From a virus (taxonomy: Duplodnaviria; Caudoviricetes): a stretch of 64,000 nucleotides of DNA. A program made the position numbers and the translations under genes. The stretch covers positions 1,395 to 65,394 of the IMG/VR virus record IMGVR_UViG_3300046004_001292; one strand, 5' to 3'. The notes below the pieces were generated by a model. That model was given only the letters and a program-made list of their open reading frames with translations. It had not been told where the DNA came from and did no database searches. Each line of letters starts with the position of its first letter. The first letter of the stretch is position 1. Below are positions 1 to 7,021 of the stretch, piece after piece.

Positions 1-1257
1 AGCAAGACGACTGGCAAACAGACGCTTGCTCTTGCAAAGAATGACGCGCTTTTTCAAGCGATGCTCAACGGGGACAACGAAGACGTTGCCGCTTTGTGTG
101 AGGCTCGCCTCAAAGTTAAATCGACCACTGAGCGTACGCGGGCGCAGCGGTTTCTGGACATCTCGAAGCGCGGAAGACTACCTGTTCCGCTCTCGTACTA
201 CGGTGCCAAGTCCGGGCGCTGGACGGCCAGCAAAGGCAGCGCCATCAACATGCAGAACCTCAAGCGAGGATCGTTCTTGCGCAAAGCTATTATGGCTCCC
301 GAAGCGCACCAACTGGTCGTCGGTGATCTGTCACAGATTGAACCGCGAGTTCTTGCGTGGCTGGCTGATTACGAGGACATGCTACTCATCTTCCGGCAAG
401 GCGGTGATCCTTACGCAGCGTTCGGCGCTCAGATGTTCAACATACCGGGCCTTACAAAAGAGTCACACCCTGATCTCCGCCAGTCGGCGAAGTCCGCGCT
501 TCTGGGCTGTGGTTACGGACTGGGCTGGGCTTCATTTGCCGCCCAGCTACTCGTGGGTTTCCTCGGTGCGCCGCCTCAACGCTACAACAAAGACTTTGCA
601 AAGAAGCTCGGCGTTACCGCGACGTACATACAGAAGTTTCTTGAGTGGGACGACAACGTCAAGAAGATGACGGAGATTCCGCACACCTGCACAGACGACG
701 AGCTGCTGGTGCACTGCGTAGCGGCCAAGATGATCATCGACAAGTACCGCGCCACGGCGTGGCCTGTGGTGGCGTTCTGGGATATGTGCGGCTCGTTGAT
801 CGAGCGCTCACTTTACGGCGGCAACGAATTCACGTATAAATGCGTCACCTTCCGCAAAGAAGAAATCGTTCTGCCCAACGGCATGAGCCTGTTGTACCCC
901 AACCTGAGACAAGTCAGGGAGAAGGTCAAGGACGAGGACGACAACGAGAAGGAAGGCGGCTTGCAGTGGGTGTACGGCGATGACGCAACGAAGCTGTATG
1001 CTGGTAAGATAACGAACAACATCGTGCAGGGCGTAGCCCGCATTGTGATGACTGACGGCATGCTGCGCGTAGACAAGAAGTACCCTGTGAAGGGCACCGT
1101 GCACGACGAGCTAATTGCTGTGGTGCCGGACGATGAAGTTGATTTCGCTAAGACTTGGGTCTTGGCGCAAATGACTATGGAGCCGAAGTATTTGCCGGGG
1201 ATTCCTCTGGCCGCTGACGGTGGCGCACACCGTCGATATGGGTTGGCCAAAAACTGA
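1..1257 (+). CDS. Family A DNA polymerase, C-terminal part (5' truncated by window edge)
   Basis: The frame is open from position 1 (SKTTGKQ...). Motif A DLSQIEPR, motif B RQSAKSALLGCGYG and motif C TVHDE are present. Confidence 0.95.
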   Translation, partial: SKTTGKQTLALAKNDALFQAMLNGDNEDVAALCEARLKVKSTTERTRAQRFLDISKRGRLPVPLSYYGAKSGRWTASKGSAINMQNLKRGSFLRKAIMAPEAHQLVVGDLSQIEPRVLAWLADYEDMLLIFRQGGDPYAAFGAQMFNIPGLTKESHPDLRQSAKSALLGCGYGLGWASFAAQLLVGFLGAPPQRYNKDFAKKLGVTATYIQKFLEWDDNVKKMTEIPHTCTDDELLVHCVAAKMIIDKYRATAWPVVAFWDMCGSLIERSLYGGNEFTYKCVTFRKEEIVLPNGMSLLYPNLRQVREKVKDEDDNEKEGGLQWVYGDDATKLYAGKITNNIVQGVARIVMTDGMLRVDKKYPVKGTVHDELIAVVPDDEVDFAKTWVLAQMTMEPKYLPGIPLAADGGAHRRYGLAKN

Positions 1258-1272
1258 CCAAGGAGAGCAACT

Positions 1273-1575
1273 ATGATGATCCCGACCAGCATCAAGATCG
1301 GCAAGACACGATACCCCGTGGTGCAGCCGTTCGCAATGATTCCCCCCACACACGCGGGCAGCGTGACGTACGGACACAACATCCGTGTTGCGTTGACGAT
1401 GCGCACGGGGAGCCGACTTGTTGTACGTTCAGATCGCCAACGCAGCGAGACTTTCTGGCACGAGGTGACGCACGCCATCTTGCACGACATGGGCAGCAAG
1501 CTCGAAGCCAACGAACAGTTTGTCACTGCGTTTTCCAAGAGGCTCAACGATGCGATACGTTCCGCAAAGTTTTGA
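1273..1575 (+). CDS. Small zincin-like (HEXXH) protein
   Basis: WHEVTHAILH followed by NEQFV; AGGAG RBS upstream. Confidence 0.7.
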   Translation: MMIPTSIKIGKTRYPVVQPFAMIPPTHAGSVTYGHNIRVALTMRTGSRLVVRSDRQRSETFWHEVTHAILHDMGSKLEANEQFVTAFSKRLNDAIRSAKF

Positions 1576-1813
1576 AGAGCAGACCAAGGTCGACGTCATG
1601 GAGCTGTTGGGCTGGACAGTCACACACCCGGCCTTTGACTCTGAGCACACAAAGCGGGGCTGGTTGTACGCAAACCCGCCAGCCACAGTCCGAGACAACT
1701 ACCCAATTCCTGTGATAGCGGACAGCTTTGAAGACGCGTTCAACTATTTTTTACGGAACAAAGACAGATATGAAAAAACCAGCATGGTCTCACTCCTCCC
1801 TCAAAGACTTTGA
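1550..1813 (+). CDS. Hypothetical protein
   Basis: ATG at 1550 with AAGAGG upstream; fills the gap between neighbouring genes. Confidence 0.5.
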   Translation: MRYVPQSFEEQTKVDVMELLGWTVTHPAFDSEHTKRGWLYANPPATVRDNYPIPVIADSFEDAFNYFLRNKDRYEKTSMVSLLPQRL

Positions 1814-2435
1814 GGGCTGCGCACGGCGCTACCACGAGGTCAAGGTCTTGAAGAAGTACCCCTTCCAAGAGACCGAGGCCACGCGCTACGGCAACCAAGT
1901 GCACGAGTCGCTTGAGCTGTATGTCCGGGACGGCAAGCCGATCCCACCCGAGCACGCGCAGTTCAAGGACGTGGCCGACTCGCTCATCAAGAAGCCCGGG
2001 CGCAAGCTGGCTGAGTTCGAGATGGCGCTGACCGTGGACTTGAAGCCCACCGGCTGGAAAGAAAAGGACGTGTGGGTGCGCGGCATTGCCGACATCCTGA
2101 TTGTTGACGACGACAACCTGACGGCGTGGGTGGGCGACTACAAGACGGGCAACAACAAGTACCCTGATCGTGACCAGCTCGTGCTCATGTCCTGCATGGT
2201 GTTCGAGTACTTCCCGCACATCCGCAAAGTCAACTCGGCCTTGCTCTTCATCGTGAAAAACAGTATGGTCAAGTTGCAGATGACGCGTGATCAGAAGGCT
2301 GCGGCGTGGTGGCGCTACCGTGAGCGCACGGCGCGGCTCGAAGCGTCTTTTGCCAACGACGTGTGGAACCCAAACCAAACGCCGCTGTGTGGCTGGTGCC
2401 AAGTCACTGGCTGCGAATTCAACCCCAAACATTAA
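1770..2435 (+). CDS. PD-(D/E)XK (RecB/Cas4-like) exonuclease
   Basis: WSHSSL..F..C, G..VH, RGIADIL, DYKTG, QL and a C-terminal CGWC..C cluster. Confidence 0.9.
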   Translation: MKKPAWSHSSLKDFEGCARRYHEVKVLKKYPFQETEATRYGNQVHESLELYVRDGKPIPPEHAQFKDVADSLIKKPGRKLAEFEMALTVDLKPTGWKEKDVWVRGIADILIVDDDNLTAWVGDYKTGNNKYPDRDQLVLMSCMVFEYFPHIRKVNSALLFIVKNSMVKLQMTRDQKAAAWWRYRERTARLEASFANDVWNPNQTPLCGWCQVTGCEFNPKH

Positions 2436-2445
2436 GGAGCCTGAA

Positions 2446-2706
2446 ATGCCCTACAAGAACCCCGAAGACCGCGCTGCATACCCAGCGTACGATCAGAAAC
2501 CCGCCGTGAAGAAAGCCCGTGCCCAGCGCAACAAAGCGCGGCGCATGCTGGAGGCCGAAGGCGTTGTGCACAAAGGCGACGGCAAAGACGTTGACCACAA
2601 GAAACCACTGTCCAAGGGCGGCACCACGACGCGCAAGAACCTCACGGTGAAGCCCGCAAGTGCCAATCGTTCGTACGCTCGCAAGAGCGACCACTCGATC
2701 AAGTGA
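2446..2706 (+). CDS. Small HNH endonuclease-like protein
   Basis: DVDHKKPLSKGG...NL...ANRS; AAGGAG RBS before ATG 2446. Confidence 0.8.
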   Translation: MPYKNPEDRAAYPAYDQKPAVKKARAQRNKARRMLEAEGVVHKGDGKDVDHKKPLSKGGTTTRKNLTVKPASANRSYARKSDHSIK

Positions 2707-3092
2707 TGCCCAGTATCTACACCCCGCCCCCTGCGGGCGGTCTTGTCAGTTCTGCCGGACACACCCTGACCGCGCCCATCAGTGGTGCAACCTTCGCTTT
2801 TCACAACAGCGGTAACGACTTTGCCTCAAAAGTTTTTCGTGCGCCTGATGGCATCATTTCAAACGACGTGGAGGTGAACATGGAAGACCTTGAAAGCCTG
2901 CCGTTCAGCACACCGATAGAGACGCTGATCAATCTCTGGGTAGCACGTTATGGAAACGAATGGGTAGACGTCAAAGACGTGCTTGCCGAGGAGTTCTACG
3001 GACTCACCTACAAGCGGCTCAAATCTATGGGCAAACTTGAAACACATTACCTGACGAACCGGGCGCGGTTCGTATGTAGAAAACCAATATAG
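2703..3092 (+). CDS. Hypothetical protein (paralog of 3102-3470)
   Basis: Overlapping start/stop with the HNH gene; shares an F..P...L..LW...(Y/H)G..W.D block with the next ORF. Confidence 0.7.
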   Translation: MMPSIYTPPPAGGLVSSAGHTLTAPISGATFAFHNSGNDFASKVFRAPDGIISNDVEVNMEDLESLPFSTPIETLINLWVARYGNEWVDVKDVLAEEFYGLTYKRLKSMGKLETHYLTNRARFVCRKPI

Positions 3093-3101
3093 GAGTGCAA
3101 C

Positions 3102-3470
3102 ATGAGTTTGATGAACAGTGTATTTGGCGGGGCCTACCCCGGATCGCAGGCGGACTACGAGGAGCACCTGCGGCAGCTGCGCAGAGTTGACGCAGCACAG
3201 CAAAAGCAGCAATACGCAGCGCAACAAGGACTGGGGGGCATGAAACAAAAGCTGCCAAGGCTCAACCCCAACGAGATTGAGGCGTTTAACGTCCCGCTGG
3301 CGCAACTTGTCACGTTGTGGCGGATCAAGCACGGGGATGCGTGGTACGACGCAGAACATCCTCGACCAGAACCCGGCAAAGACTTCTACACGGACGCTTT
3401 TGACCGTTTGAACAAAGCCAACATGTTTGAGATGTTTGAAGGTTGGTATCGTTTGAAAGAAGACGCGTAA
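3102..3470 (+). CDS. Hypothetical protein (paralog of 2703-3092)
   Basis: AGGAG RBS; TAATG coupling to the helicase gene. Confidence 0.75.
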   Translation: MSLMNSVFGGAYPGSQADYEEHLRQLRRVDAAQQKQQYAAQQGLGGMKQKLPRLNPNEIEAFNVPLAQLVTLWRIKHGDAWYDAEHPRPEPGKDFYTDAFDRLNKANMFEMFEGWYRLKEDA

Positions 3471-5032
3471 TGCAGATCATTGACAACAAGGCGCTGGTGG
3501 TGCGCACACGCAACCCACACAAGTACAGCGTCATCCCAAAACACAAAGTGCTCTCTGAGCACGACGGCACATATGAAGTGGCCGTGTACTGGGGACTGGA
3601 CGAGATGCGCGTGCTGCGCAACCTCGGCGTGAAGAACGCACCATCCCCCATCACACGCAAATACGCATGGCCCGGCCGATACAAGCCGATGGATCACCAA
3701 GTCGACACAGCCAGCTTCCTCACGCTGTACCGCCGCGCATTCTGTTTCAACGACCCCGGCACCGGCAAGACGCTGAGCGCACTGTGGGCAGCGGACTACC
3801 TCATGAAGCGCGGTGACGTGCGGCGTGTGCTGATCCTGTGCCCCCTGTCGATCATGCACAGCGCGTGGATGGGGGACATCAACAGCAGCATCATCCACCG
3901 CTCCGCTGTGGTGGCCCACCATGCGCAGGCATCGCGCCGCATCGAGATGATCCAGAAGAACTACGAGATCGTCATTGCCAACTATGACGGCCTGAACCTG
4001 ATCGCCAGCGAGATCAATGCAGATGGTCGCTTCGATCTGGTCATCGTAGACGAAGCCAACGCGTACAAGAACCCGGGCACGCGGCGCTGGAAGGCGCTGA
4101 ACTCGATCCTCAAGCCCGAGACGTACCTGTGGATGATGACGGGCACACCGGCCTCGCAGTCCCCCGTGGATGCGTACGGCTTGGCCAAGCTGGTGAACCC
4201 CGGTGGCGTGCCCAAGTTCTTCACGGCGTGGCGCGACAAGGTGATGAACAAGCTGACCATGTTCAAGTGGGCAGCCAAGCCCGATGCACGCGACACAGTG
4301 TTCAGCGCCTTGCAGCCAGCAATACGTTTCACAAAAGCGCAGTGCCTTGACCTGCCCCCGGTGCTGACCGTGACGCGTGAAGTGCCGATGACCCCGCAGC
4401 AGAACAAGTACTACAAGATGCTCAAGGAGCAGCTCATGGTGCGCGCAGCGGGTGAGACGATCAGCGCCGTCAATGCGGGTGTGGCCGTCAACAAGCTGTT
4501 GCAGATTTCGTGCGGCGCGGCATACACCGACGACAAAGAAGTTGTGGAGTTCGATGCAGCTCCGCGCTTGAGCGTGTTGGAGGAAGTGCTGGAGGAGACG
4601 GACCGCAAGGTCATCATCTTCGCGCTGTTTCGCAGCAGCATCGACACCATCGTGCGCCACCTGACCAAGAAGGGTTACGCCGTTGAGCAAATCCACGGCG
4701 ACGTGAACGCGTCCAAACGTGGGCGCATCATTCACGACTTCCAGAACACGCCCACCATCCAAGTGCTGGTCATGCAGCCTGCGGCCACTGCCCACGGCAT
4801 TACCTTAACGGCAGCTGACACGGTGGTGTTCTTTGGCCCGCTCATGAGCGTGGAGCAATACATCCAGTGCATCGCCCGAGCTGACCGCAAGGGGCAGGAC
4901 TCCGACAAAGTCACCGTGGTGCACATCGAGTCGAGCCCCATCGAGAAGAAACTTTTTGGGGCCATGAAAACCAAGGTTTCTGACAACACGTTGCTGGTTG
5001 GCCTGTTCGACAGCGAAGTGAAAAATTCTTAA
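3470..5032 (+). CDS. SNF2-family (SF2) helicase
   Basis: DPGTGKT (motif I), IVDEA (II), MTGTP (III), HGITLT and ARADRKGQ (VI). Confidence 0.93.
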   Translation: MQIIDNKALVVRTRNPHKYSVIPKHKVLSEHDGTYEVAVYWGLDEMRVLRNLGVKNAPSPITRKYAWPGRYKPMDHQVDTASFLTLYRRAFCFNDPGTGKTLSALWAADYLMKRGDVRRVLILCPLSIMHSAWMGDINSSIIHRSAVVAHHAQASRRIEMIQKNYEIVIANYDGLNLIASEINADGRFDLVIVDEANAYKNPGTRRWKALNSILKPETYLWMMTGTPASQSPVDAYGLAKLVNPGGVPKFFTAWRDKVMNKLTMFKWAAKPDARDTVFSALQPAIRFTKAQCLDLPPVLTVTREVPMTPQQNKYYKMLKEQLMVRAAGETISAVNAGVAVNKLLQISCGAAYTDDKEVVEFDAAPRLSVLEEVLEETDRKVIIFALFRSSIDTIVRHLTKKGYAVEQIHGDVNASKRGRIIHDFQNTPTIQVLVMQPAATAHGITLTAADTVVFFGPLMSVEQYIQCIARADRKGQDSDKVTVVHIESSPIEKKLFGAMKTKVSDNTLLVGLFDSEVKNS

Positions 5033-5041
5033 AGAAAGGAG

Positions 5042-5084
5042 TTGCATGCGAAAAAAACACATGTATGATGTCAAATCTTAGACA
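5042..5084 (+). promoter_or_regulatory. Putative sigma70 promoter overlapped by a TGTCNA-N4-TNGACA operator
   Basis: TTGCAT (5042) -16 nt- TATGAT (5064), followed by the palindrome TGTCAAATCTTAGACA (5069-5084). Confidence 0.5.
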
Positions 5085-5112
5085 AACCCCCCACCGCTTT
5101 TAGGAGAAGCAA

Positions 5113-5580
5113 ATGACTGAAATAGACGACGAAGCCCCCACCGCGAGCACCACGGCCGAGCGCCGAGCTGAAGCTGAAGCATTGGCCGCTGTCCCCATGG
5201 ACAGACTGGCCAAGGTGTACCGCAAGATGGCTGCCAAGATTCAGGAACTGACCACTGAATACGACGCGGCAGTCGAAGAAATCAAACGCCAACAAGACGC
5301 TGTGAAGACGGCGCTCAAGGACCAGATGCTCGTGATGGGTGTCAGCTCCGTGCGCACCGAGAACGGCACTGTGGTGTTGTCCACCAAGACACGCTACAAC
5401 ACACAAGACTGGGACTCGTTCAAAGAGTTCATCAAAGAGCACGACGCCATCGACTTGTTGGAGAAGCGCATTGCGCAGACCAACATGGGCACGTTCTTGG
5501 AAGAGAACCCCGGTGTTGTCCCGCCCGGTCTCAACTCGATGACCGAGTACGCAATCAGTGTGCGCAAGCCCACAAAGTAA
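5113..5580 (+). CDS. Conserved phage coiled-coil protein of the replication module
   Basis: AGGAG RBS; coiled coil followed by GVSSVRTENGTV and DWDSF. Confidence 0.75.
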   Translation: MTEIDDEAPTASTTAERRAEAEALAAVPMDRLAKVYRKMAAKIQELTTEYDAAVEEIKRQQDAVKTALKDQMLVMGVSSVRTENGTVVLSTKTRYNTQDWDSFKEFIKEHDAIDLLEKRIAQTNMGTFLEENPGVVPPGLNSMTEYAISVRKPTK

Positions 5581-5600
5581 ATTTCAACAGGAGAATCAAA

Positions 5601-6578
5601 GTGAGTAACGTAACGCTCTTCAACCCTTCCCAAGTCCCCGCCTTTGCCAAAGCGCGTGGTGAACTGTCGGCCATGGCCAAAGCCCTTGCGGGTGGCGGTG
5701 GTGGTGGCAAGCGTGTGTCCATCAAAGGCGGCGTGTTCCGTCTGGTCAACAACGGCAAAGAGATTGCTGCCATCGACGAGCGCTATCTCGACGTGGTGGT
5801 CGTCAACGCTGCGCCCAAGGTGTCCCGCGTGTTCTACATGGCCAAGTACGATGCCGAGAATCCAGCACCTCCAGATTGCTGGTCGGCTGACGGCGAGAAG
5901 CCAAGCCCTGACAGCGAGAACAAGCAAGCCTCGACCTGCTCCGAGTGCCCACAGAACATTGCTGGCTCTGGCCAAGGCCAAAGCCGCGCATGCCGCTACC
6001 AACAGCGTCTGGCCGTCGTGCTGGCCAATGACCAAGAAGGTGATGTGCTGCAACTGGCGCTGCCAGCAACTTCGATCTTCGGCAAAGAGACTGGCGACAA
6101 CCGCCCACTGCAAGCGTACGCTCGCTACTTGGCCGCACAGAACATTGACCCGTCCGAAGTTGTGACGCGCATGAAGTTCGACACAGCGTCCGAGTCGCCC
6201 AAGCTGTTCTTCAAGGCCATGCGCTGGTTGACCGACGACGAGTACCCGAACATCAAGGAGCAAGGCGCTTGCGATGACGCCATCAAGGCGATCACCATGA
6301 GCGTGGCCAAGATGGATAACGTGTCCAAGCCTGCCGATCCAAGCATTGGCGGTGAACGCCCTGCAGCAAGCAAGGCCAAGGCCGAGGCAGCGCCCGAAAC
6401 TGATGACGAAGCCCCAGCTCCACCACCCAAGGCCAAAGCGAAAGCCAAGCCCAAGGCGGAGCCGGTTGCCGAAGAACCAGAAGAGCCAGTCGTGCGCACG
6501 GAAGAAAAGAAGCCGAGCGCTGTACCAGCAGCCAAGTCCAACTTGGCTTCCATGGTCGATGACTGGGACGACGAGTAA
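5601..6578 (+). CDS. Putative ssDNA-binding/annealing protein
   Basis: PDCWS..G, CSECPQN and RAC cysteine cluster; P/A/K/E linker; acidic C-terminus DDWDDE typical of SSB tails. Confidence 0.65.
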   Translation: MSNVTLFNPSQVPAFAKARGELSAMAKALAGGGGGGKRVSIKGGVFRLVNNGKEIAAIDERYLDVVVVNAAPKVSRVFYMAKYDAENPAPPDCWSADGEKPSPDSENKQASTCSECPQNIAGSGQGQSRACRYQQRLAVVLANDQEGDVLQLALPATSIFGKETGDNRPLQAYARYLAAQNIDPSEVVTRMKFDTASESPKLFFKAMRWLTDDEYPNIKEQGACDDAIKAITMSVAKMDNVSKPADPSIGGERPAASKAKAEAAPETDDEAPAPPPKAKAKAKPKAEPVAEEPEEPVVRTEEKKPSAVPAAKSNLASMVDDWDDE

Positions 6579-6584
6579 TTAAAC

Positions 6585-6611
6585 AGGAGGGGGCTTCGGC
6601 CCCCGCACAAC
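6585..6611 (+). promoter_or_regulatory. cUUCGg hairpin between SD and start codon of the HTH gene
   Basis: AGGAGG, then GGGGGC-TTCG-GCCCCC (6589-6604), then 7 nt, then ATG 6612. No U-tract. Confidence 0.55.
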
Positions 6612-6890
6612 ATGGCATATTCCCAACAAGTGATTGACGCGGTTCAGAGCGCCCCCAAGACGCTGGGCAACCAGCTTGGGCGCTGGGCCGTGTATCTCAA
6701 CTTCCCCGTGACCAAGATTTCGGAGCTGACCGGCGTGTCCCGTCAGACGATCTACAACTGGTTCGGCGGCGGTGAAGTATTCGTGGCGTACCGGCCAACG
6801 GTGACGTCTCTCGTTCAAATTTTGCAGTCTTCCGGCACGGCCGAGGAGGCATGGAGTAAAGCATGCAAGGCATTCGACCACAACAGCTGA
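6612..6890 (+). CDS. Helix-turn-helix DNA-binding protein
   Basis: VTKISELTGVSRQTIYNWF HTH signature. Confidence 0.85.
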   Translation: MAYSQQVIDAVQSAPKTLGNQLGRWAVYLNFPVTKISELTGVSRQTIYNWFGGGEVFVAYRPTVTSLVQILQSSGTAEEAWSKACKAFDHNS

Positions 6891-7003
6891 CCGACCAAGA
6901 GCTTCTGGACTACGCGCACCTGACCGGTTACGACAAGCTGCCCCCAGAGTGGGTAGAGGAAATCTGCAAGCGCTTCGCCGCACTGCTGGACGACGGCAAG
7001 TAA
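6863..7003 (+). CDS. Hypothetical 46-aa protein (not in ORF track)
   Basis: GGAG RBS; translates MQGIRPQQLTDQELLDYAH...DDGK*. Confidence 0.55.
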   Translation: MQGIRPQQLTDQELLDYAHLTGYDKLPPEWVEEICKRFAALLDDGK

Positions 7004-7021
7004 CCCAACCCAAGGATTTTT

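Noticed and set aside
1770-2435. Cas4 as evidence of a CRISPR system
   Set aside because: It is a stand-alone PD-(D/E)XK nuclease in a replication module, with no cas1 or array.
2446-2706. HNH as part of a mobile intron or intein
   Set aside because: It is a free-standing short gene with its own RBS, and the flanking genes are intact.
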